DNA of 64,000 nucleotides from an uncultured candidatus Porisulfidus sp. (GTDB lineage Bacteria; Pseudomonadota; Gammaproteobacteria; Poriferisulfidales; Oxydemutatoraceae): NCBI GenBank assembly GCA_965215765.1, contig OZ244118.1, positions 2,415,801 to 2,479,800 of the forward strand, read 5' to 3'. Shown piece by piece: positions 17,427 to 27,400 of this stretch (position 1 is its first letter; each line of letters starts with the position of its first letter). The notes under the pieces were generated by a model. It saw only the letters and a program-made list of their open reading frames with translations, ran no database searches and was not told where the DNA came from. The position numbers and the translations under genes were made by a program.

Positions 17427-18626
17427 TCAGCTTTCTTTGCCGAAAACCCGCCAGTACTCTGCAAGGCTGACTGTGCCAGCGGCGACCAGCTTCTTGGCGT
17501 GGTGTTGCAGTGGTTCATAGCCTGGATCTGACGACGCATCGATCAACTGAATTTGATCTGCGTTCCCGCTTCGGTTCACGCTGCGCGCCTTCCCCGGATC
17601 CAGAACCTCAAATACTCCGGTGCGGCCGCGACAACCGGTATACGAACAGTGTTTGCAACCCGTCCCGACAAACAGTTGGTGGTCTTTCAGTCCCGGTGCT
17701 TGCGACCACTGTTCTGAAGCCTCCTGCGGGGTTTTACAGTGTGGGCAAATGGTACGCAACAAACGCTGCGCCAAAACCAGGCTGATTGCTGCAGACACCA
17801 GATACAACGGAATACCAATGTTCACCAAGCGCGTAATGGCGGTTGCAGCATCTTGAGTATGCAGGCTGCTAAGAACGAGATGCCCCGTCAACGCTGCTTT
17901 TACTGCAACGTCCGCAGTTTCGTAATCCCTGATTTCACCCACCAGAATCACTTCCGGATCCTGGCGCAGAAAGGCACGCAGCACTTGGGCAAAACCCAAT
18001 CCGATTGCCTCGTGAACCTGGACCTGTGAAAGCCCACTCATACGCCGTTCCACCGGATCCTCAACCGTAAGTATGCTGAGCGTGCCGTCGTTGAGTTGCT
18101 CCAGAACGGTGTAAAGCGTAGTCGTCTTACCGCTTCCGGTCGGGCCGCAGACCACGATCATCCCCTGTCTTTTGCTGATCGCTGTTTGCAGGAAATGGCT
18201 GTCTGCAGGAGGAAGCCCCAGAGCCGCGTAATCAAAAGTTTGCTTCTGCTCTTTCAGCATTCGCATCGCAACACGCTCTCCGAACAGGGTTGGTACCGTG
18301 GAGACGCGTACATCAGTCGTGCCATGGCGGCATTCAAAGCGAAAGCCTCCATCCTGCGGCAGGCGCCGTTCAGCAATATCAAGAGCGGACAGAATCTTTA
18401 TCCTGGCGATGACTGCCGGCAGCATGTCACGCAGGAAATTCCCGGTTGGCACTTCCAGAAGCACCCCATCAATCCGGTAGCGCAGACAGGAACATTTTTC
18501 GTACGGCTCCAGATGGATATCGCTTGCTTCGTGCTGCAGCGCCATTTGCAAAATATTTTCAACAAAAGCGACAACGGATCCCTCGGTATTCAATTGGAAT
18601 GCTTCGCGGTTTGCCAACGCTTGCAT
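17427..18626 (-). CDS. Type II secretion / type IV pilus assembly ATPase, GspE/PilB family (short form lacking the N1 domain; C-terminal tetracysteine Zn motif)
   Basis: 399 aa. Walker A 'GPTGSGKTTT', 'RLPQDGGFR' and 'GERVAMR' GspE motifs, 'CPHCK...CKHCSYTGCRGR' Cys cluster. Confidence 0.8.
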   Translation of the reverse strand: MQALANREAFQLNTEGSVVAFVENILQMALQHEASDIHLEPYEKCSCLRYRIDGVLLEVPTGNFLRDMLPAVIARIKILSALDIAERRLPQDGGFRFECRHGTTDVRVSTVPTLFGERVAMRMLKEQKQTFDYAALGLPPADSHFLQTAISKRQGMIVVCGPTGSGKTTTLYTVLEQLNDGTLSILTVEDPVERRMSGLSQVQVHEAIGLGFAQVLRAFLRQDPEVILVGEIRDYETADVAVKAALTGHLVLSSLHTQDAATAITRLVNIGIPLYLVSAAISLVLAQRLLRTICPHCKTPQEASEQWSQAPGLKDHQLFVGTGCKHCSYTGCRGRTGVFEVLDPGKARSVNRSGNADQIQLIDASSDPGYEPLQHHAKKLVAAGTVSLAEYWRVFGKES

Positions 18627-18632
18627 GAGGGC

Positions 18633-20219
18633 TCAGGAGACGATGCGTGGCGCAATAAAAACCAGTAGCTCTCTGGTGTCTTTTGCGTGCAGTTTTCTGC
18701 CGAACAGATTGCCAATCAAAGGGATCTTGCCAAGTACGGGCACGAAGCTATGGGAGTTGTTCTCGGTTTTGAAAAATATGCCACCGATAATGACCACGGA
18801 ATTGTTTTTTGCCAGCAGTCTGGTGCGTATTTCACGACGGCTGATTGGTGGGTTGGTGAGTCTTTTGTCGACGGTGTCCTTGCTTACAGCAACGTCCAAT
18901 ATCATTCTCCCGGAATCAATGATGCTCGGGGTGACTGCCAAACGTATCCCCGCCTGCTTGAACTCTGTGCGCGTACCTTGGTCAGAAACTGTGGCATAAG
19001 GCACTTCGTCACCCTGAAAAATCATCGCTTCACGGTTATTCAAAGTGTAAATCTTCGGGCTGGAAATGATTTTGGTTTTGCCTTCCCTCTCCAAGGCACT
19101 CAATTCCACTTTCAGACGGCGTCGATCCAGCAATAGCCCCAGCCCCCACACAGGAGCTTCAACAGCCGCATTGACAATCAGGTTGCGCCTGTCGCCAAGA
19201 GTCAAAGTGCCACCACTGTCTACGCCGCCGGCCGTCCCGCCAAGATGAAAATTTTCCGACCCTTCTCGTGTTTTGTAGCCCAGACGCGCGCCCAGCTTGT
19301 ACTCAAAGTCTTCCCCCGCTTCCACAATGTACGCCTCAATCAAAATCTGCTTGGCAGGCACATCGGTTTTCGCGATCACAGCGGCCACGACCTCCAGTTC
19401 CTTTGCTTTTCCCTGAACGATCAGAGAACGAGTCGGAACGTCCACAGCCAGCTGTAAAGTGCTTTTCTTGTTTTTGCCACCAAAAAGGGAAAGCAAGGTC
19501 TCGCGCATGAGTTTGGGGTCACTGTGCCTGAGTCGAAACAACTCGGCGTGAAGTTCGTCGCTGCCCGGCAACTCAATACGGCTCCCCGCAGACAGAGATT
19601 TTTTTTCGGCTTGAGTCGAGACATGAAGCACGTTTCGACTTTCCCAGCTATGCAAGCCCAGCATATCCACAACAGAGGAAAAGGCATCGCGCCACGGGAT
19701 ACGGCGCAGACGCAATGACAGACTTTTTTCTGACACCTTCTCGCTCAGTGCCATGTTGGCATCCACCAGAATCGCGAGCGCACGCAACGCCACGTCAGCA
19801 GGAACATTCTGCAGAAACAGAGATATTGGCAAACCTCTGTCCCGGGACAGCCTCGCCTCCAACGATTCGGACAACTTGATTCTTTCCGGGGTACCGGAAC
19901 TGTCCGGAGGAGCTGTCTTTTCAGGAATTCCAGTCAGAAGTTTCCGTTTTTTTCCATCTTTTGACCGCTGAGCCAGCGTCTTCTTCACTTTGCGTATTTT
20001 CCTTTCCCTGGGGGCTCCGGAATCACCAGATTTTCCTTGTTCCGTACGTACGCGCTTTGCCTGATCACTGCCGACCACGATCAGTTTTTCCGGCCGCACT
20101 TCTATGGGGATGGTCAAACATCCAAACAGGCAAAAGCCCACTGCGGCAATTGCCAAAGCGAGGCGGAAAGGAAAATGAAAACCGAAAGGCTTGACCATGA
20201 ATGGGTTCAAGCAATTCAC
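18633..20219 (-). CDS. Secretin (PilQ/GspD/MshL family outer-membrane channel)
   Basis: 528 aa. Signal peptide. C-terminal secretin domain 'TLNNREAMIFQGDEVPY...VPVLGKIPLIGNLFG...LLVFIAPRIVS'. Confidence 0.85.
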   Translation of the reverse strand: MNCLNPFMVKPFGFHFPFRLALAIAAVGFCLFGCLTIPIEVRPEKLIVVGSDQAKRVRTEQGKSGDSGAPRERKIRKVKKTLAQRSKDGKKRKLLTGIPEKTAPPDSSGTPERIKLSESLEARLSRDRGLPISLFLQNVPADVALRALAILVDANMALSEKVSEKSLSLRLRRIPWRDAFSSVVDMLGLHSWESRNVLHVSTQAEKKSLSAGSRIELPGSDELHAELFRLRHSDPKLMRETLLSLFGGKNKKSTLQLAVDVPTRSLIVQGKAKELEVVAAVIAKTDVPAKQILIEAYIVEAGEDFEYKLGARLGYKTREGSENFHLGGTAGGVDSGGTLTLGDRRNLIVNAAVEAPVWGLGLLLDRRRLKVELSALEREGKTKIISSPKIYTLNNREAMIFQGDEVPYATVSDQGTRTEFKQAGIRLAVTPSIIDSGRMILDVAVSKDTVDKRLTNPPISRREIRTRLLAKNNSVVIIGGIFFKTENNSHSFVPVLGKIPLIGNLFGRKLHAKDTRELLVFIAPRIVS

Positions 20220-20239
20220 GGCATTGGAACCGGTCTTCC

Positions 20240-20593
20240 TCAGAAAGAAGTGCGGGGAACGGGCAATTGGTATATTTCCCCATTACGCCTGACAACCACT
20301 TTTTCCCAGTCAAGCTTGACGACTTCAACGCCTTCTTTTTCCAGCGCGTCACCGTTGCCCACGATATAGAAATGACCTTGCACGGTCTCCAGCACGGCAA
20401 GCAGGCGTCCCGGGGTTCCCATTATTCCGGCCACTGTGAGCCCCAGGGCTTGCGCCTGGTGGCCACCCCCCGAGTCTTGGGCGGACTGGCTCTCGGGCTC
20501 ACTGGCGAAAGGGTCATCAGCTGCCACCGCCGACATGACAGCCATAAGCAGCACCATGCCCGGAAAATATCGGGAAAATTTATTGCAACACAT
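20240..20593 (-). CDS. PilP/MshK-like small periplasmic (lipo)protein
   Basis: 117 aa. Signal peptide. C-terminal beta-rich 'AVLETVQGHFYIVGNGDAL...EVVKLDWEKVVVRRNGEIYQLPV' resembles the PilP fold. Tightly linked upstream of the secretin. Confidence 0.45.
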   Translation of the reverse strand: MCCNKFSRYFPGMVLLMAVMSAVAADDPFASEPESQSAQDSGGGHQAQALGLTVAGIMGTPGRLLAVLETVQGHFYIVGNGDALEKEGVEVVKLDWEKVVVRRNGEIYQLPVPRTSF

Positions 20594-21152
20594 GTTTTTG
20601 TCGGAACATCCTGAATTTCAGGTTCATCCTCGGCTCCGGTCGGCTCGCTTGAGTCTCTACGCGCTCCTCAAGAATTTGGATTTTGTGAAAGCTTGTGGCA
20701 ATCCGTTCCCTAAAAAGCAGGTAGTCGCGCCATTTGCCTGCCAAGGACAATTGCACCCCCAAATGCATCAACGCATCTGCCTCTTCTTCGGTATCCGAAT
20801 GGATCAGCGGAAGGGGCTTTTCGTACTTCAGCTTTTGCAGGCGCAAGCCAGATGATGTGGCCAGCTCAAAAAGTTTTTTCTGGGTTTGATGAAGCGGAAC
20901 CCCCGCAGCCAAACGTCGTATGCCCGCTTCGATCATTGCCGCAGTTTCCGAAAGTGCGTTTTTTGTTTGCGTCAGACGGATGCGAAGATTTGCGTGTGCC
21001 ACTGATAGTCCGCTTGCTTCGGAAAGCGCGTTGCGGTGTTTCGCATTGTTAAAAAACAAAGGAATGATGACGGCTGACAGGTAGAGCGCGTTGAGCGTAA
21101 ACAGAAACAGCACAAGCAAAAAACGCAGCTTTACAAGGGATATCCTTTTCAC
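20580..21152 (-). CDS. PilO/MshJ/GspM-like bitopic inner-membrane protein
   Basis: 190 aa. N-terminal TM helix then a coiled-coil region. 4-bp overlap with neighbours, operon context. Confidence 0.35.
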   Translation of the reverse strand: MKRISLVKLRFLLVLFLFTLNALYLSAVIIPLFFNNAKHRNALSEASGLSVAHANLRIRLTQTKNALSETAAMIEAGIRRLAAGVPLHQTQKKLFELATSSGLRLQKLKYEKPLPLIHSDTEEEADALMHLGVQLSLAGKWRDYLLFRERIATSFHKIQILEERVETQASRPEPRMNLKFRMFRQKHVLQ

Positions 21153-22645
21153 AAGGGCGATCCCGGAATGTCGTGAAATTTCCCACGAAGCAGGAATGAC
21201 ATATTTTTTGAGCCTTGAGCGGAGCTTGCGTTTTTGTTTGCCATATTTTCCAACACCAGCCGTTTGATCGCTTTTTCTTTTTCCAGACTTTCAAAAAAGG
21301 AGTTCAGGACTGCATGGCTTTCGGCAATGCCGGTAATTTCAAAATCACCTTCGCGCAGCAGCAGAGACTTGAACCACAAGCCCCGTGGAGCGGCTTCGCT
21401 TAACAAGCCGAGGCGTGCATTCCCTACGGTGTGCGTTGCTTCCAACTGCCTGATACTTTGCAGTTTTTCCTGACCTGAACCGAGTTCCAGTTCTCGCTTT
21501 GCCAGCGTGGCTTCCAGGGTGGCAAAGAGAGTCTGCGTGTGGCGAAGTTGCTCATGTTGCGTCTCCAATTTTGTGCTTTCATCCAGAAGCAGTTTGTGGG
21601 CTCCCACGCAACTTCCAAGCATGAGGATTGCGGCAGACGCCAGAGGTACAAAATGCCTGTCTCGGAAATCACCACTATTTTCATTCGGAGAAAAATTGAG
21701 GCGTGGCAACGGTGGGCGGGGAAATATCCATTTGCGACTTTCCCGATATGTGGCCGAAAGGGCTGCCAGCACTGAGCGGGAAATATCCTGGCTTCTTTCA
21801 GCGAAAGCCGCTTGCGTGTGCCTATCAGGGTGAACCGTTCGCAGCACCAGCTTTGGCAGGCTTTTGCTCAGAATGGAAGGCCATTCATCAGAAGGTGCAT
21901 TCAAAAGAAATATCCTGACTTCCACGCTTTGATTTGGTGCCTCGTGAAGAAAGAAGTTTTCAATTTCTTCCGCCATTTTTTTCAGAAAATACGCATCTGG
22001 CATCTGGCAAAAAAAATTCGGAGGGGTTTGCGGAACACAACGCACCCGAATTTCAGAAGCTTGAAAGCTGACCAGACACACCCCGGCCGGATCAGGGAGG
22101 ATCCAATGGCATGCGGATTTTTCGAATAGCCCTGTCAGAAACTCCAGAAAAGCCACCGGGATTCTGGAAATTTTTATGCCCAGGTGTTTCGCAACTTGTC
22201 CGTAGAAACGCAGACAACGTCTCTCTGCCGCGCAGAGAAAAAGACCCGGGCGTCCGCCGTTGTTTCCAAGTTGCGCCCATTTCAAAACGAAATCACGCGG
22301 TTCAATGCTGAGGCGCTCACGCCAGAAGCTTTGCTGCGACAAAAGTCTGCGTATTTCCCGAGCTCCCATAAACGGCAGGGAAACAGTGGCAAAGCGGCAT
22401 TGGTCAGCTGCCAGCGAAAACATGCAATCGCCCGCCTGTACCGAGTGATCCCGCAACAGGCGATCCAAAGTTTGGGCACTGTGCCTGGCGCAGGAATCTG
22501 ACCAGGCATCGTCCTGAGTCGTCAAGGCGCACCCACCCGTTTTCAATACGCCACCGCGCAGACGCTGGGCAAAAAAGACACCTTGAGCGGACAGACCAAT
22601 AGCAACTGCTTTCTGTTTCAGGCGATTCGCAAATATCCTTAGCAC
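21149..22645 (-). CDS. PilM/PilN-like (MshI-like) fusion protein: cytoplasmic domain, TM helix, periplasmic PilN-like domain
   Basis: 498 aa. Internal TM segment 'VPLASAAILMLGSCVGAHKLLL' followed by a coiled coil. Operon context between the PilT-like ATPase and the PilO-like gene. Confidence 0.3.
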   Translation of the reverse strand: MLRIFANRLKQKAVAIGLSAQGVFFAQRLRGGVLKTGGCALTTQDDAWSDSCARHSAQTLDRLLRDHSVQAGDCMFSLAADQCRFATVSLPFMGAREIRRLLSQQSFWRERLSIEPRDFVLKWAQLGNNGGRPGLFLCAAERRCLRFYGQVAKHLGIKISRIPVAFLEFLTGLFEKSACHWILPDPAGVCLVSFQASEIRVRCVPQTPPNFFCQMPDAYFLKKMAEEIENFFLHEAPNQSVEVRIFLLNAPSDEWPSILSKSLPKLVLRTVHPDRHTQAAFAERSQDISRSVLAALSATYRESRKWIFPRPPLPRLNFSPNENSGDFRDRHFVPLASAAILMLGSCVGAHKLLLDESTKLETQHEQLRHTQTLFATLEATLAKRELELGSGQEKLQSIRQLEATHTVGNARLGLLSEAAPRGLWFKSLLLREGDFEITGIAESHAVLNSFFESLEKEKAIKRLVLENMANKNASSAQGSKNMSFLLRGKFHDIPGSPL

Positions 22646-23754
22646 CGCACGGCCCCCTCAGCGGCGATTTCCCCGCATTTCAACAGCTTGCCAACTGCTT
22701 TCTCCATGCTGGTCATTTCTTCTGTGCCAGAGGTCTGCATCAAGTTCGGCAACTGATACAAGCGGTCTTCCCGAATAAGCGTCCGAACCGCCTGATTGGC
22801 GTACAGGAATTCAAACGCGGCAACTCGTCCTTTTCCATTTTTCCGAGGCAACAGTTTCTGGTTCAGCAACAGAACCAGGCTGTCAGCGATCCGGCCAAGG
22901 ACTTCGGGTCGCACAGTATCTGGAAAAAGACCAGCGTACCTGCTGAGCGCGGCGGCGCAGGTTCCAGCGTGCAGGGTCGTCAACACCAGATGACCGGTTT
23001 CGGCCGCAGTCAAGGCCAGTCTCGCTGTTTCAGGATCCCTGATTTCGCCAACCAGGATGGCATCCGGATCTTCACGCAAGGCGACACGCAGGGCCGAAGC
23101 AAAATCACGAGCGTCTGTTCCTACTTCGCGCTGGGAAATGATGGAGCGCCTTGACCGAAACTGATGTTCAATGGGATCTTCTATGGTCAGTAAGTGTATT
23201 GCGCGTTGCGTGAGCAAATACTCGAGTAGCGAAACCAGTGTGGTGGATTTACCGCAAGCTGTAGGGCCGGTCACAACTATCAGACCGGCAGAAAACAGCA
23301 TGGAGCGCAAAGCCACCGAGGGCAGACCTAGCTGTTTCACGTCTGGAACCACTGCGTTTATTTTTCGCAAAACAAAAGCCGGGTTTCCGCTTTCAAAATA
23401 GTAGTTGGCTCGAAAACGAAACGCCCCAAGCTCGCAGCTGGTGTCCAGAGAGCGTTCCTCCTGCCAGCGTTTTTTGATGGCTGGAGACAGGTGAAGGGAA
23501 AGAAATTGTTCCAGCGTTTCGAGGCTGCACGGTTGTTGTGTGCCAACTTCCAACTTGCCGTCTTGCCTGAAAGCGAGGGGCAATCCGACATGAAAATGAA
23601 TGTCAGATACGCCAGCTTTTCCGGCGAGTGCCGTGATTTCATTTTGCAGGGCGTTCATGGCTGGTGGTTCCTCATTACGCGATTTTCTTTCAGCGTAGCG
23701 ATTGACTGACGCCAGCAGGCTCACCGGGCTCAAAGCCCGGTGCAATTGACCCAC
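22639..23754 (-). CDS. PilT-family hexameric ATPase (twitching-motility/retraction type)
   Basis: 371 aa. 'SDIHFHVGLPLAFRQDG' N-domain, Walker A 'GPTACGKSTT', 'LLTIEDPIE', 'ILVGEIRDPETA...AETGHLVLTTLH' PilT signatures. Confidence 0.75.
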   Translation of the reverse strand: MGQLHRALSPVSLLASVNRYAERKSRNEEPPAMNALQNEITALAGKAGVSDIHFHVGLPLAFRQDGKLEVGTQQPCSLETLEQFLSLHLSPAIKKRWQEERSLDTSCELGAFRFRANYYFESGNPAFVLRKINAVVPDVKQLGLPSVALRSMLFSAGLIVVTGPTACGKSTTLVSLLEYLLTQRAIHLLTIEDPIEHQFRSRRSIISQREVGTDARDFASALRVALREDPDAILVGEIRDPETARLALTAAETGHLVLTTLHAGTCAAALSRYAGLFPDTVRPEVLGRIADSLVLLLNQKLLPRKNGKGRVAAFEFLYANQAVRTLIREDRLYQLPNLMQTSGTEEMTSMEKAVGKLLKCGEIAAEGAVRC

Positions 23755-23921
23755 TCGGTATAGTTTTCACGCCGCTCATTTTGGGCAATGCCGAGCTTGC
23801 GAGGCACTGATCACGACAAGTTGCCTATTCTGGCGTACCAGCGTCATGCCTGGTGGTCGTGACGCAAGAAAAACGCCTGCTGTTCCAGAAAGCCAGGTTC
23901 TGCGTAGTTCTTTATTTTTAA

Positions 23922-23992
23922 CCGCGAAAAACGCGAAAGCTAATAATTGCTTTGAGATACATTAGTCGTGCTTTCCGCGAAAAACGTGAAAG
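23922..23992. promoter_or_regulatory. Two copies of the palindromic motif ccgcgaaaaacg(c/t)gaaag (23922-23939, 23975-23992) at the start of a conserved inter-gene spacer. Candidate operator in the promoter region of the secretin operon.
   Basis: Read directly. The same motif ('aacc(a/g)cgaaaaacgtgaaagttggtatttgcaattcg') begins the conserved spacers at 47520 and 60905. Confidence 0.3.
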
Positions 23993-24099
23993 TTGGTATT
24001 TGCAATTGCCAAGGTTTCAGTTTTGAGGAAGCCCCAATTCAAGGCCTGTTGTTTTAAGACAATTCAACAGTTGTGCTTCATGTCCATCAGTAATGTTTG

Positions 24100-24413
24100 T
24101 CATGGCAAACATAGTCAGGCTTATGGACTTGCTTTAAAGGTTCACCCTCTGTGTCTTGAAAGGAATGCCCCTTATGGAAAACTCCTTTTCCAGACACTCC
24201 TGATGCACTGCCTCAAGTAAGCCACACCTCATTTCCCTGAATCGTATGGCATTCATCAGGAAATAAAACTTTTTCACGTGTTTCGCGGTTACTGAATTCG
24301 TGGTTCACAGTTCTCACGCCAGTTGCACGAGTTACAGCCGCCAGATTGCGTAGCATTCATCAGAAAACAAAACCCTTTCGTGTGTTTCGTGGTTATTAAA
24401 TTCGTGTGTAACC
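24100..24413. repeat. Downstream (3') repeat family of the giant genes, short-unit variant (about 113 bp, about 2-3 copies)
   Basis: 'ggaaaactcc...cactcctgatgcactgcctcaag...catcaggaaataaaac...gttattaaattcgtg' recurs. Same family as 35190-35406, 47720-48421 and 61040-61934. Confidence 0.8.
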
Positions 24414-27400
24414 TCAGCGAACCATACCGCCCAGGAACGCTCTCAGGCGCAATTTCTTGACGTGATGCGGGCCGGGTCTCGGCGTTGTCGGGATCTCGGG
24501 ATCCCAGTTGATAAATTGACTCATCCCTGGCAACTCAGCCACGCTGTCCCGAGGGAATGCCCGGACTTCGTACGCAACACCACCCTGCAGCCCCGTAAAT
24601 TCCGTCCTGACAGCTCCCCCGGGCGTCGGCATCGCAACAGACTGTTCCTCTATCAGTTCTCCGTACGAAAGCAGTTGTACCCGATACCCCAAGCCGAGCA
24701 ATATTCCGTCGACCGGGGCTCCAAAATCAGCATGATCCGCAGTGCGTCCGTAGCCATCATTTCCCGAATACTGCAAGTGTACCTGCACACGACCATTCGC
24801 CTTATGCATCAGCTGCATGGCCAATGTCCCCTCAAGAACGTTGAGCAAAGTAAATGTTGCCGTGCTCATCGCGCCCGTTCCGGCACGGTTGACTGCCCGG
24901 AGCGAATAGCGTATCTGATCTCCTCCTGTGTGCTTCTTGCGCAGCTGCACCAAGGCATGGACTGACAACACATAAGAAGTGGCGGTTCCCTCAACGGGGT
25001 AGCTTTTTCCGTCCACGGAAAGCTGGTAGATGTCTATCGTCGCCCTGTTGCTGCTCGCCGCTTCCCAACTCAGGTTCACTCGATCTGCGGATTCCCATCT
25101 GGCATGCAAGCCTGAAGGTCTGCCAGGCACCGCTATGGTGCTGAACGCATCCCTGTTTTCGGACGCTTGGGCAGGCACTCCGACGCCCGCCCGGTTGCGT
25201 GCATAGACCTGTAACGAATAGCTTCTCTTCGGCAGCAAGTCGGTGATCTCAATCTCGGTGTCAAAAGCACCTGCCGAGAAAAAGGTCTCGGTGCTGCGTC
25301 CTGCGGCACTCACCACCACCACGTAGCCAAAACCGGAACCTGCAACGCGATCAGGAGAAGTCGCAAGCGCATCACCCGCCAGGGGAGCGCAATCGTCATG
25401 TCCCATGATTGCCAATACCAGGCGCGCAGTGGTTTGACCGGGCACAAGCTCCGTTACCGTCGTCGCGCCAGGGAGACTGGGCAAATAGAAGTGACCGGCT
25501 GCCTGATAGCCAGCGACATCTCCATGCACGGCGCGAAGACGGTACGGGTGGGGGCAAGCCTCTTGCTTGTTTTTCCGAAACCCGGCCAGAAAATCTCCGT
25601 CAAAGTCAAAAGTCGGAGCTGTGACCTCCCGTATTGTTCCTGCCAGCTCAAGTTCGTAGGAATCAACCGCTGAACTTCCCGCCGCCCACGTGAAGCGCAG
25701 ATGATCCGGAGATTCCCAGCTCACCGCCAAATCAACCGGTGCGGCAGGAATGTCGGCAAGCGCACGCAGCAAGGGCAACGTGCGGGTATTGCCAAAATGC
25801 CAGGCTCCCGGTTCCCAACCGGCATAAGTCGTAGCACCTGCGCATCTCTGCCCCGCCGCAGTCGGGCAACGCAACTGGGTCAGAGTGCGAGGTGAAGAGC
25901 CATCCGCTGAGCCATTACCCACCAAAGATGCCTGTGCAGACACGGGTGCGTAACTGCGATCAATCACCGCATCCGGAGCAGAATAACCCGCCAGACTCCC
26001 GGTGCTGCCCGATTCCCCATCAACCGAGTTCACCGCATAGCTGTCCTGTATGCGGCGGATATTGTTTCCGACCAACCCCCCGATGGAGAAATGACCCCGC
26101 ACCTCACCGAGTGCATAGCTCGCATGGACAGAACCGGCGTTGTTGCCCACCAGTCCGCCAACACGGCTATCTCCGCTGACCGACACGTCGGCATAGCTGT
26201 AGGCAATGGTGCTTCCGCTGTAGCCGACCAGACCGCCGGCGCGCGAGCCGTTCACAGCGATGGCCGAACCTGTCGCGTAACAGTGCAAAATCGTGCTTCC
26301 CAGACTGTAGCCAACCAGACCGCCAGCATTGCCCCGCCCTTCACCCAAGACGCGCACCGCCGCGTCGGCGCTGCTGTGCAAAATAGCGGCTCCCAGAGCC
26401 AGTCCGGCCAGTCCGCCGGCAGACTCAAGCGCGCTTACTTGCGAAGCCCTCACCGTGTTGCCCACGACCCGACCTTTTGCTTTCACATAACCAACCAGAC
26501 CGCCGACGTACCTGCCCCCGTCAACCTCGGCACTGGCACCACTGTTGATCAGCAATCCTCCGTTGCCACCCGCCAGCCCGCCAATGTTGACCCCGGCTCT
26601 GTTGCCGGAAATCTGTGCGGACTTCACGACGCTGTTCATGACGGTTCCGTCGTTAAAGCCGACCAAAGCCCCGACGCTGTTTTTCCCTTTTACCCACGCT
26701 TCAACGAGCACCACCCCCTTGGCGATCCCGTCTTCTGCAAGCCTGGAGAACAGGCCAATCGTGTTCGTTTCCGGACGGTTAATGTACAGAGCAGAGATTT
26801 GTCGCCCTGCCCCGTCGAAAGTGCCTGAAAAAGGCTCTATCGGATGAAAACCGGCACCGCCTGACCACCCCCGACTCGGGCTGCCGTCAATGTCTGCCAC
26901 CTGCACATAGTGAGCGTACAGATCAGAGCGCGCATCCTGCAGTTGGCACAGCGTGGCAATTTGCCACGGGTTGGTGCTGCTGCCGTCACCCGATGCACTC
27001 TTCAGACCCTTGCCGGCGCATTCCGGAAAGCGGGTCACCGTCCGGATCGTTGACGGCGATCCGGTGCCCACCGAGTTATGGGCGAAGGCTTCCAGCCGAT
27101 ATTCAAAGGCACTCTTAAGCTCCGCAAATTCCATCGTGACCGGGTTCAGAGGATTCCCCAGCGGAATGTCGCGTTCTTCAACCAGCTCCCCGGACGCATA
27201 CAGGCGTATTCGGTAAGCCAGGCGCAAAGCCATGGCTTCCACTGACGCCGCGTAATCAGCGTCAACCGGCTTGCGACCGTAGCCGTCATTGGCAGGGGCT
27301 GTAAAGCTGAGTCTCAGCGTGGTGATCCCTGGCACCACGCGTACATCGGTCAGAGAATCAGGAACACCCAGCAGGCGCACGGAAACACGGGCAGCTTCGC

